Origin: Acidobacteriota bacterium
GTDB taxonomy: Bacteria > Acidobacteriota > UBA6911 > RPQK01 > JAJDTT01
NCBI GenBank assembly: GCA_965263035.1
Contig: OZ253580.1
Coordinates: 320,001-384,000 of the forward strand
DNA length: 64,000 nt
Direction of reading: 5' to 3'
This document shows, piece by piece, positions 51,586-60,402 of the stretch; the stretch's first letter is position 1; every line of letters starts with the position of its first letter. Under the pieces are notes generated by a model that was given only the letters and a program-made list of their open reading frames with translations, was not told the DNA's origin and did no database searches. A program made the translations under genes and the position numbers.

Positions 51586-52170
51586 ATGACCAAAGAATAC
51601 AAGATGCCCAAATCTACGGCGGATGCTTCCTCCCTTCCGACAGTATTCTTGCTAGTGGGGTCGTTCGTGGCCGTGTGTCCGCTCTACGGAAATCATATAT
51701 CACATAGGGTGGACGGGTCGGGTCCGGAATCACTGACCGCCCCGGAAGTGATTATGAAGTCAGCGACCGATTACCCCAAGGAGCCGAGAGACCCGATTGA
51801 GGGCCCACCTAACGAAGGGGCTCTTCGGATGGTCGAGGAGATTTCAGAGGACTGCGCCATGGATGATTGGGACGGTGAAGGCGCAGACCGGGTCCCCTCG
51901 GAATCGGTCGTGATTGCTCGTAATCTCGTGGCGAATCTGCCCCCCCATGCTCTTACGACCGGACTTGACATCGATGCTACCCCGTTCGGCTCTATCGACT
52001 TCGAGTGGGTGCTGGAGACGGAAGCCATGTTGAACATCCTGATTCTCCCTTCAGGAGAGCTTGGTTTTGCTTATTCCGTTCGTGAGGACGTGGGTGAAGG
52101 CAAAGTGAGATGGGAAGGCTCGATTCCGACTCCTATTGCGGCGGCACTCAACAGAGTATTTGAGCAGTGA
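51586..52170 (+). CDS. cargo gene B, hypothetical (probable antitoxin)
   Basis: AAGGAGG RBS; probably disordered N-terminal ~75 aa, then an acidic domain with DDWDGEGA and PFGSIDFEW motifs. Confidence 0.7.
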   Translation: MTKEYKMPKSTADASSLPTVFLLVGSFVAVCPLYGNHISHRVDGSGPESLTAPEVIMKSATDYPKEPRDPIEGPPNEGALRMVEEISEDCAMDDWDGEGADRVPSESVVIARNLVANLPPHALTTGLDIDATPFGSIDFEWVLETEAMLNILILPSGELGFAYSVREDVGEGKVRWEGSIPTPIAAALNRVFEQ

Positions 52171-52565
52171 GTGGACGGGATTCAGCCCTTGCTCGATTTG
52201 CAGTATTCAGAAAGCAGATAACGCCGAGCCGAACGTTGCCGAAGCTATTCCGGCCAGATAAGCATAGGAAGGTTTCTGTCTTTCGGATTCAGGACAAGAC
52301 TTGCAAAGAGGTCGTATCGGTAGGGGTCGGAGTCGCAAGATCACATCGTGACTCTAGGAACTTATACGGTTGGGCGGAATTGACCTACCGACAGATTCAG
52401 AACATTGGACTATCCGTTGACGATGATGAGATTCCGAAGGACCACTCGCACATCGTGGGATGGCCTGACGATGAGGAGAGGTCTCTACGGTATCGACAGA
52501 GTCTTGCCAAACAGGCTGCGCGAATATTGCTTCCAAAACCTATTCCTGTACGGAACAGCATATAA
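52167..52565 (+). CDS. cargo gene C, putative ADP-ribosyltransferase-fold toxin
   Basis: GTGA overlap with B; basic 132 aa; LARF (R), F.P..VSVFR (S), G.A.L and HSHIVGW pattern of small ART-like toxins. Confidence 0.55.
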   Translation: MSGRDSALARFAVFRKQITPSRTLPKLFRPDKHRKVSVFRIQDKTCKEVVSVGVGVARSHRDSRNLYGWAELTYRQIQNIGLSVDDDEIPKDHSHIVGWPDDEERSLRYRQSLAKQAARILLPKPIPVRNSI

Positions 52566-52812
52566 TTGGTGCGAGTCAGCCCTTTCCCTTTGCGGCCATC
52601 GGCAAGAGTTGGTCCACTGACCCCGCCAGACCCGCCTCCAGAATACCATCGGGTGGGCGATGAGAGAAGGGAGAACCCGGCACAGTTGAAACCCATTCCC
52701 TAGTAAGATCTAGTCGGGGTCGGCTATTAACACCCGGCCCCTCTCCCACCCCCTCGAAATTCCCGTTTTACAAGGTCGGACGGATGTTGTATAATTCCCT
52801 TGGTTGTCGTAT

Positions 52813-52823
52813 AAATCGGATTG
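52813..52823. repeat. att core, right copy (AAATCGGATTG)
   Basis: Identical to 42257-42267. Confidence 0.9.
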
Positions 52824-53726
52824 GCTGATATCCAGCTCCGCCTGCAGATCCCGCAGATCCGCCAACGCCACCAGGACGGCTCCCCCCATAAAGTAGGCCG
52901 AGACCATTTCACCGACTTCAACGACTCGTTCCAGAATGGTGCCGCTGACGGGTGCCCGGATCTCCGTCTCCTGCAGTTGGGTTTGCCAGTACCGGATGGC
53001 CGCCTGGCTTCGCTCGAGCTCGGCACGGGCAGCCTGGATCCGCTCGGTTCGGGGGCCGATCTCCAGGAGCCGGTGGTTTTTCTCGGCGACGGCAACGGCG
53101 GCCTTGGCCATGTCGCGGCGAGACCGGGCATTGTCGACCCGTTGTTGAGCGATGACACCACTTTCGATGAGTTGGCTGAAGCGACGATACTCGAGATCGG
53201 CGATGTCGAATTCGGCACGGCTTCTTTCCAGCTCCGCCTGTGCGATCTCAATCTCTTCCGGCCGTGACCCGGTTTCCAGTTCGGTGAGGCGGGCCCGTGC
53301 CGAGTGAGAATCGGCTTCTGCCTGCTGGAGTTGGGCTCGGAATTCGGCGTCCTCCAGCCGGACCAGCAATTGGCCCTTTTCGACTCGATCCGATTTATCG
53401 ACTCCGACCCAGGCGACCTTCCCCATAATTCGGGAACTGACTTCGATCCGGTGATGAGGGACGATGTAGCCCGAGACGATCAGCAACGGCCCTTCCCGAT
53501 CCGACGCCCCATCGGCCGCAGCACCGGCAGGGGCAACCGTGGCCGGGTCCGCCCGGACCTCGGCCCGCGCCGCATCGGGCGTCTGCCGGGAAAGGTTGTG
53601 GAAAAGCAGCGCAGTCAGGACGGCGCCCGCCAGGAAGGCCGCCAGTCCGATCAGCCACAAGTTGGGGGACGGCCTGGAACGCCGGCGGTTGCGGTCGATG
53701 CGCAACGCTTTCAAATCTTTTTCCAT
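52813..53726 (-). pseudogene. N-terminal part of efflux membrane-fusion (MacA/HlyD-like) gene
   Basis: MEKDLKALRIDR, TM anchor, SGYIVP, VSSRIMGKV, IRAPVSGTILER, ending ..ELDISQSD at the att core. Confidence 0.9.
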
Positions 53727-54892
53727 CAGTCTCGCATCACATCGATCAAGCGCACCCGGGCGGCTCGTGCCGCCGGGAGCAAGCCACCGGCAATCCCCAC
53801 CAGGCTGACGAATAGAATCGCTTTGAAGAGAATTTCGGGAGTGATTCGAAAATGGAACAAGACTTCGCTGAAACTGGCGAAATTCGTGGTCCCCGTGGTA
53901 ATGCCGTGGACCGGCAGGGCCATGACACAACCCACGACTCCTCCCAGCAACGCCAGAAAAACGGACTCCGCCAGGAAGGATGCCAGGATGCTCCGTCTGC
54001 GAAATCCCAGTGCCCGCAAGGTCCCAATCTCTTTGAACCGGGCCATGACGGTACCGTACATCATGTTCATGGCGGCAAAGCAGGAACCGATTCCCATGAC
54101 CACCGCGATGAAGATGCCCAACGCCTTGAGTCCCACGGAGGATATCGTCTGTCCCTCGTAATATTCGGTTTGGGGAATGGCTTGCAGTTCGATGTTCCGA
54201 TCCTCCTCGATCCGTTTCGCCAGAGCCGCTCGAGCCTGTGCATTATTGGCGCGCACCAGGAAAGAGGTGTAGATCGGTCGATTCCAGGCTAACGCAATCT
54301 CGTCGTAGTCCCCCCAGATTTCGGAATCGTAGGCCGTGCCACCAGCATCGAAAATACCCACCACGGACCATTCAGTCTGCGCGATGGCCAAGGTATCGCC
54401 CAGCTTCATGTTCTTGAAGCGACGCGACAGTGAACGGCTCACGATCAGTTCCCGCACGCCTTTTGCATGGCGCCGTCCCTCGACGATCCGGACTTCCGGC
54501 CGCATTTCGAAGCCCCGGTTGCCGGTGCCGCGCACGACAATGTTCGAAGTCTCGTTTGCTCCCGCAATGCGCTCATGATTGATGACGACGATGAGCTCGC
54601 CGGAAGCCCACGGCTCATCGTCTTCGTCGCGAGCCACCTCCGGCAGAAAGCGGACCTTCGGAAAGAGGTTCCGGTCCAGATAGCTGTTGGTCTCGTTCTG
54701 GGAACCTTGCCGAATGACCACCAGGTCATTGGGGTTTCCGGTGTTGACGAAGGTCGAGTCGAGGCCTTCGATGAGGGCCATCATCGCGACCAGAATGGCC
54801 ACTGTGAACCCAATTCCCAATGCGGTCATCAGGGTGCCGACTCGCCTTACCCAGAGACTCCGCAGGTTGTATCGAATGGGGATCTTCATCAC
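53726..54892 (-). CDS. ABC transporter permease (MacB/FtsX family)
   Basis: YNLRSL..RTLMTALGI, periplasmic domain, EIGTLRALGF, LLPAARAAR. Confidence 0.92.
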   Translation of the reverse strand: MMKIPIRYNLRSLWVRRVGTLMTALGIGFTVAILVAMMALIEGLDSTFVNTGNPNDLVVIRQGSQNETNSYLDRNLFPKVRFLPEVARDEDDEPWASGELIVVINHERIAGANETSNIVVRGTGNRGFEMRPEVRIVEGRRHAKGVRELIVSRSLSRRFKNMKLGDTLAIAQTEWSVVGIFDAGGTAYDSEIWGDYDEIALAWNRPIYTSFLVRANNAQARAALAKRIEEDRNIELQAIPQTEYYEGQTISSVGLKALGIFIAVVMGIGSCFAAMNMMYGTVMARFKEIGTLRALGFRRRSILASFLAESVFLALLGGVVGCVMALPVHGITTGTTNFASFSEVLFHFRITPEILFKAILFVSLVGIAGGLLPAARAARVRLIDVMRD

Positions 54893-54966
54893 GCTCTATC
54901 CGCGCCGGTTACGAACCGTGTTCCAACCGCCGTCTTGGTGCTGCGTCCGTCCTTCACCACGAACCG

Positions 54967-56118
54967 CTAGCCCACACTTTGCAATGCTGCGAGAGTCGGA
55001 CGCCGGGCCGCCTGCCAAGCGGGCAGGCCGGCGGCGAGTAGTCCGATCACGGCTCCAATCAAAATGCAGACCGCGATCGTGGAGAATTGGACTTCGAAAT
55101 TCTGGATGAACCCGTTGCTGATGGCCTGCATCGGCACGTACTGGAAAATCAGGCGAGCGCTCAGCGCGCCGAAGCCTGCTCCGCTCATTGCCAAGAAAAG
55201 CGACTCACTCAACAACAAACCCAAAACCTGCGCCTTCCGGAAACCCAGGGTCTTGAGAATCCCAATCTCCCGTACGCGCTCGCGGATGGACATGGCCATG
55301 GTGTTCGCCGCTACCAGACTGACGGCAAAGATCACGGCCAGACAGATGCTGCTGATCAGAAACTGGACGTTCCCCAGCATGGAGACAAACCCCATGATGA
55401 AGGCTTTCTCAGTTTCAGTCTTGGTGGGAGCCATCGAGTTCTTGAAGAGGCCGTCCACGTCCTCGGCGATGGCCGACAACATCTCGGCTGAAGAGGCCCG
55501 GATCGTGAAGGTCCCGGTAACGCCTCTGTCGTCCAACGTTTCATTGAAGTAATCCCAATGGAAATAGATGCTGCCGCCCTCATCGCCCCCGCCCTGGTAG
55601 ATGGCGCGGATCTTCAACTCCATTTCGGTCGGGAAGAGATTGCTGCCGGTATGAATCGTCTGCCCCAGCTGCCAGCCGAACCGGTCGGCCACGACTTTGC
55701 CCACCAGCGCACCGGAACGATCCTGCAGAAAGGCTTCTTTCTGCTCGTCGGGAACGATGATATCGGGATAGACCCGAAAGAAATCGTCAGTATCGGAGGC
55801 AAACTGCGCCAAGCTGACCTCAGTGCCGTTATGGTTAAAGAGGCCGCCAAACCACATCGATCCGATCACGGCTTCCACACCGTCGACGGCGGCGATTTTT
55901 TCCCGATAGGAGGTGGGCAGCGTGTTGAACAGGGAGATCTTGTGCCGGACGATGAGCCGCAAGGCCGAGTCCGGGGTCTCGGGTGGACTGCTCAACTCGT
56001 CGAGCACCGTCATCAGAGTGGCCACCAGGAAAATCGATGCTCCGATGCTACTCGTCGTCAACAGAGTCCTGAGCTTGTTTCGGAACAGATTCCTGGCGAG
56101 CAGTCTGAAGAACTTCAT
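54967..56118 (-). CDS. ABC transporter permease (MacB/FtsX family)
   Basis: RNLFRNKLRTLLT, RERVREIGILKTLGF, LPAWQAAR. Confidence 0.92.
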   Translation of the reverse strand: MKFFRLLARNLFRNKLRTLLTTSSIGASIFLVATLMTVLDELSSPPETPDSALRLIVRHKISLFNTLPTSYREKIAAVDGVEAVIGSMWFGGLFNHNGTEVSLAQFASDTDDFFRVYPDIIVPDEQKEAFLQDRSGALVGKVVADRFGWQLGQTIHTGSNLFPTEMELKIRAIYQGGGDEGGSIYFHWDYFNETLDDRGVTGTFTIRASSAEMLSAIAEDVDGLFKNSMAPTKTETEKAFIMGFVSMLGNVQFLISSICLAVIFAVSLVAANTMAMSIRERVREIGILKTLGFRKAQVLGLLLSESLFLAMSGAGFGALSARLIFQYVPMQAISNGFIQNFEVQFSTIAVCILIGAVIGLLAAGLPAWQAARRPTLAALQSVG

Positions 56119-56411
56119 GTTCGTACTCGGCACCCCGGTCCAGGAGCCTGCGCCGCAGAAATTGAGCTACTGCGAAAGCGGTAGAATCGGTCCATATTTC
56201 CTCGATTTCTCGGCGAATAGAACAACTATGCACCTCCAAATCGAGAAAATCTGGCCTCGATTCCCCACTTTCTCGCTACGATCATTTCTACCGCACAGAC
56301 TCCTAGCCCGAAGTTCTCAACCGGCCGCTGAGTATGTGCCGAAAATGATTTTATCTTGAGTCGACGACCGGCGTTCAATTGGAGTCTCGCCAGCCGTGAC
56401 CGAGTCGGGGG

Positions 56412-57671
56412 TCATGGCTCCTTCGGGTTCGTCACTTCCCTGTAATTCGCCGGCAGCCCCGTCACCTGGGGCAGCGCCTCCAGTTGTTGGCGGAGCCGTT
56501 TCTGGACCTCGGGAGCGGCACCGGCCCGTCCCACCGACGGGTGCTCATGGGACCGGTAGAAGTTGCCCGGCTCCACGTACAGCTTGACCCCGTATTTCTG
56601 GCAGAGAGGACCGTAGTCCCTGCGAATGGCGTGCACCAACTGGGGCAGCCCGAGGCCGGTCTCCTGATTCTGCAGGTACCCCCAGGTGCGCTGGATGCGT
56701 TCCGGATAGCGCGAACGGACCCGGGTGATGTGGCCCAGGACCAGGTCGTCGATGATTCCCTCCTGGATCCACCGCCGCCATTGGATCCTCATGTTTCCGA
56801 AGGGAGGCCCGATGTGCTCACCCTGCTGGACGCCGATGGAGAGCTTCTGTCCCTTCGTCTTCAGGTGAGCCTTCAACTCCCGGAGAAAGAGGGTGAGGTA
56901 CTCGCCCCGGAGCTCGCGCCACTTTTCCACGTCGAAGTCCTGCCGCATGATGTCCCGGCCGTAACGGCGCTTGTACTCCTCCACGATGGGCTCGTTGAAA
57001 CCGTATTGATCCGCGTGGTCCGGCGGCAGGCCGTGGGACCGGATGCTCAGAAAGACCCCGTCGAAATCGAACCCGTCCGAAAAGGTCCGGATGATCTTGT
57101 TGATCATGTAGTCGCGCACCTCGGGGTAGGCGTACTCCATGACGTGCCACTGGTACTTGCGGCCGTTGGTGGTCAGGCTCCGGTCGTGGACCAGGAACCG
57201 CGGGTTCGCCTTGGTGAACTTGGAGTGCCACGGCCAGAAGGCCCGCCCGGTGGGACCGAAGTCGAACACGTTCACGTCCGGAGGCCGCCCCTCGTCGGTG
57301 GGTGCGATCCACATGAAGACCTCGATTCCCGCGGCCTTCAGCGCATCCACGGCGGTCTTGACGAGCCCCTCCTTCCAGGCCCGCCGGGTGATCTTGATCC
57401 ACTCCCGCAGGTACTCGTTCTTTCCGTCCACGGTGATGTCGGCATACAGAACCACCCGGAAGTCGTCGACGCGGAACAGGACCTTGTCGATGCCGTTCCG
57501 CTTCCAGTTCCGGGTCGCCTCCAACACCTTCTCGGGGGTGTCCAGCTTGGCCACCCCTGTCGCCATGTGGATCACATCGCCCCAACTGATGGTGAGAAAC
57601 TTCTCCTTTTCCTGGCCCCAGGCGGTTCCGGCCAAACTGAGTCCCATCAGAAGCAAAGTCCAAGCTCTCAT
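56412..57671 (-). CDS. secreted GHL10/DUF187-like glycoside hydrolase-like protein
   Basis: Signal peptide; YAYPEVRDY, FDGVFL, YGFNEP, WRELR..LT.F.RE, WRRWIQEG pattern. Confidence 0.6.
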   Translation of the reverse strand: MRAWTLLLMGLSLAGTAWGQEKEKFLTISWGDVIHMATGVAKLDTPEKVLEATRNWKRNGIDKVLFRVDDFRVVLYADITVDGKNEYLREWIKITRRAWKEGLVKTAVDALKAAGIEVFMWIAPTDEGRPPDVNVFDFGPTGRAFWPWHSKFTKANPRFLVHDRSLTTNGRKYQWHVMEYAYPEVRDYMINKIIRTFSDGFDFDGVFLSIRSHGLPPDHADQYGFNEPIVEEYKRRYGRDIMRQDFDVEKWRELRGEYLTLFLRELKAHLKTKGQKLSIGVQQGEHIGPPFGNMRIQWRRWIQEGIIDDLVLGHITRVRSRYPERIQRTWGYLQNQETGLGLPQLVHAIRRDYGPLCQKYGVKLYVEPGNFYRSHEHPSVGRAGAAPEVQKRLRQQLEALPQVTGLPANYREVTNPKEP

Positions 57672-57715
57672 GATTGATTCCTCCTACACCCAATCGGGGT
57701 GCAATCCGACTTTCG

Positions 57716-58141
57716 TCACTGAGGTTCGTAAACGCGGACGGTCTCCCGGTCGGAATCGACTTCCACCCAGTCCCCGTCTGCGATCCAGCTCAGGTCCGCG
57801 GGTTCGACCTGAATCACGGGGATCCCGGCGATGACGCACCCAAGCACCGAAGGCGGGTCCGCCTCCAGGTTGATGAGGGCGGCCGGGGCCGTTCCCTCCA
57901 TGCCGGCGACCCGGACGTGCATGGTGTTGCCCGACGAGCCGGTGCCCGAGGGCATGACCAGCACCCTTCCCGACAGGTTCCGGTCGTAGAGCGGATGCTC
58001 AACGTCGATCACCTTGCCGCTGGCCGGATCGAATTCCGACCGGAAACAGAGAGGCGTGTCGCTCACCATGGCCCGGCCCGTGGCCTGTCCCGGTACGATC
58101 CTCTTCCCGCGGATGACCTGTTTCTCTTTCAGACGAGCCAC
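57716..58141 (-). CDS. aconitase X small (swivel, DUF126) subunit
   Basis: G.A.G..MVS..PL.F...DP.SG.VID..HPL, GTGSSG (Ser), APAALI. Confidence 0.85.
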   Translation of the reverse strand: MARLKEKQVIRGKRIVPGQATGRAMVSDTPLCFRSEFDPASGKVIDVEHPLYDRNLSGRVLVMPSGTGSSGNTMHVRVAGMEGTAPAALINLEADPPSVLGCVIAGIPVIQVEPADLSWIADGDWVEVDSDRETVRVYEPQ

Positions 58142-59370
58142 CTTCCCGTGACGGCCGCATCGATGCAGCCCTCAAGGGGCAGGACCCCGGTGCGCGAGGC
58201 CAACGCGCTGCGGCCGTAGAACGCCTGCTTGAAGGAGTTGGAGACGTAATTGCGCGGACGCGCATGCCCCAGGGCGCCGGGACAGATATCCGAGAGGATG
58301 TGCCCTCCCGACTCCTCGATCACCCCGGCGTAGCCCAGCCGTTGGGCGTCGACCAGCGTGTCCCGGGAGGTGCAGACGATCAGCTTCACTCCCGGAGCCA
58401 CCCGCTGGCGGGCCAACACCCGGGAGATCTCCCGGAGCTCGTCCAGGGAACTGAAGGGACAACCCAGAGCCACCGTGTCGATGGGCTCTCCCTTCTCCAT
58501 CCGGTTCATCTTCCGGTACGTGGTCCGGAGATCGACCCGGTCGAAGGTCAGCGATTCGACGGGCTGGTGCGGGTCCAGGGCTTCATCCACCGTGGGGGCC
58601 TCGGGAGTCAAGCCGGCGATATGGAACATGGTGGTGCCGCGGCCGGCGTAAGGCAACGAGGCGGAGAGTTGCTTCGCCTCGGCGGGCGCGATCTCCTCGA
58701 TCCCCTCGAACACCGGAATTCGCGAGCCGGCTTTCTCCCCCACGTAGTAGCCGAGGGCGCCCCAGTCGCTGACCGAATTCATCTCCACCTGGAGCTCCAC
58801 CCGCACTGCCGCCTTGCGATATTGGTCCAGGAGGACGCCGAACTCGGGAACCCAACCCAGGAAAGCCGCGGCCAGCGAGCTCTCCATGCCGTTGCGGTTG
58901 GTACGGGCTCCCATCATGGCGTTAGAGTAGACCACCGCCGAAGACTCAGTCCAGGCGCAGATCTCGCCGAACTTGGGAACCGCTCCCACTTGGTACGGAG
59001 CACAGGACCAGGTGGTCCGCACCCCGGCGCGAGCGGCCATGGCATGCAGCTCCTGCTGGAAGCTCAACTCTTTTTCCGTCAGGCCCTTCTCCCGCAGGGC
59101 GGCCAGGTCGGTGCAGTTGGCGTGGGTCATGGTGATGCACTTGACCCGGTGGCTGCAGAGCTCTCGAAACTCGTCCAGGTAGGTGTCCAGCGTCCGCTCC
59201 GAAATTCCCTTCAGGCAAGGCGTGCGCAGGATGCAGTGGACGTTGGTGACGGGCACGAGCCGAGTGGCGCCCAACGCCTCTCCCCAAAGGATCGACCATT
59301 CGAGATATCTGGCCAGAAGGTCTCCACGCTCACCTCCCAGGACGGCCTTCTGTTCCTCCGTCAACCTCAT
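58129..59370 (-). CDS. aconitase X large (catalytic, DUF521) subunit
   Basis: M.LT.E...L.G, TWSCAPY, AWTESSAV.YSN..GARTN, MFHIAGLTPEA, LGCP, SDIC, NSFK. Confidence 0.88.
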   Translation of the reverse strand: MRLTEEQKAVLGGERGDLLARYLEWSILWGEALGATRLVPVTNVHCILRTPCLKGISERTLDTYLDEFRELCSHRVKCITMTHANCTDLAALREKGLTEKELSFQQELHAMAARAGVRTTWSCAPYQVGAVPKFGEICAWTESSAVVYSNAMMGARTNRNGMESSLAAAFLGWVPEFGVLLDQYRKAAVRVELQVEMNSVSDWGALGYYVGEKAGSRIPVFEGIEEIAPAEAKQLSASLPYAGRGTTMFHIAGLTPEAPTVDEALDPHQPVESLTFDRVDLRTTYRKMNRMEKGEPIDTVALGCPFSSLDELREISRVLARQRVAPGVKLIVCTSRDTLVDAQRLGYAGVIEESGGHILSDICPGALGHARPRNYVSNSFKQAFYGRSALASRTGVLPLEGCIDAAVTGRWLV

Positions 59371-59407
59371 TCGGGCTAGCTCTCGATATGACCGTTCCCT
59401 GTCCTCA

Positions 59408-60364
59408 TCAAAATCCCCTCGCCTTGTCGCAGACGAACCGCAGCGGTTCTCCGGCCAGGTAGCGCTTCAGGTTCTCCTTGAAGATCTCCCGGCGGCGCTC
59501 CCACATCTGGGGGGAGTCGGCCGAGACGTGGGGCGAGATGATCACGTTGGGCAGATCCCAGAGCGGACTCTCCGGGACCGGCGGCTCGGGGTCGGTGGCG
59601 TCCAACGCGGCGCCGCCCAGGTGTCCGGAGCAAATCGCCTCGGCCAGGGCGTCCTCGTCGACGATCCCCCCACGCGAAACCACGATCAGGCGGGCACCCC
59701 GCTTCAGACGATCCAGGCGGCCGGCGTCGATCAGCCCACGCGTGGATTCGACCAGCGGCGCCGTCACCACGAACCAGTCGCTGAGGGCCAGCATGTCGTC
59801 CAGGCGGTCGAGGCCCCACACCTCCCGCACGCCGGGCGGGGGCTCCATCTGCACGACGTCCACGCCGTAGACTTCCATGTCGAATCCGGCGGCCCGCTGG
59901 GCCACGGCCTTTCCGATGTCGCCCATGGCCAGGATCCCCAGGGTGGTGCCGGCCAGCTCGGTCATGGCGCCGAAATATTTGTTGGTGTCCCAGCGGCACA
60001 CCCGTTGGTCTTCCACCAGGTCGGGGACGCGGTGGGCGAAGGCCAGAACCATGGCCAGTGCGTGGTCCGCCATTGCGATGACGTGGGTCTCCCGGGCGTT
60101 GGTCATCACCACGTCGCTTTCGACAAGCCCTGGGGCACTGCTGAGAACATGGTCAAAGCCGATCCCCACGAAGTGAAACCAACGGAGCTTGCGAGCGGCC
60201 TCAAGGGCTTCCCCCGTGATCACACCGAACTGGACTTCGGCATCGGGGGCCTCCCGCAGCTGTTCTTCCGGTGTGTAGGCGGTTCGAAATTCGACCTGCG
60301 GGAAGTTCTTCCTCAAGTCTTCGACAAAATCGGGTCCGATTCTGTGAGCGATGACGACTTTCAT
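59408..60364 (-). CDS. D-2-hydroxyacid dehydrogenase
   Basis: MGDIGKAVA, PLVESTRGLI, VSRGGIVDE, DATDPEP, SPHVS. Confidence 0.9.
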   Translation of the reverse strand: MKVVIAHRIGPDFVEDLRKNFPQVEFRTAYTPEEQLREAPDAEVQFGVITGEALEAARKLRWFHFVGIGFDHVLSSAPGLVESDVVMTNARETHVIAMADHALAMVLAFAHRVPDLVEDQRVCRWDTNKYFGAMTELAGTTLGILAMGDIGKAVAQRAAGFDMEVYGVDVVQMEPPPGVREVWGLDRLDDMLALSDWFVVTAPLVESTRGLIDAGRLDRLKRGARLIVVSRGGIVDEDALAEAICSGHLGGAALDATDPEPPVPESPLWDLPNVIISPHVSADSPQMWERRREIFKENLKRYLAGEPLRFVCDKARGF

Positions 60365-60402
60365 GAAATGAATGACTCCATCTACAGCGCGAGCCGTGTG
60401 GG

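Larger units (their letters stand above)
42257..52823 (+). mobile_element. integrated tail-less capsid-forming phage-satellite-like element (~10.56 kb)
   Basis: att direct repeats, tyrosine recombinase and a near-complete HK97-type head/packaging set (no recognisable TerS); no tail, lysis or replication genes; cargo at the right end. Confidence 0.88.

Noticed and set aside
42257-52823. Complete prophage, gene transfer agent or encapsulin locus
   Set aside because: No tail, lysis or replication genes (not a full phage); it has an integrase, att sites and HNH (unlike GTAs); it has portal and terminase (unlike encapsulins)
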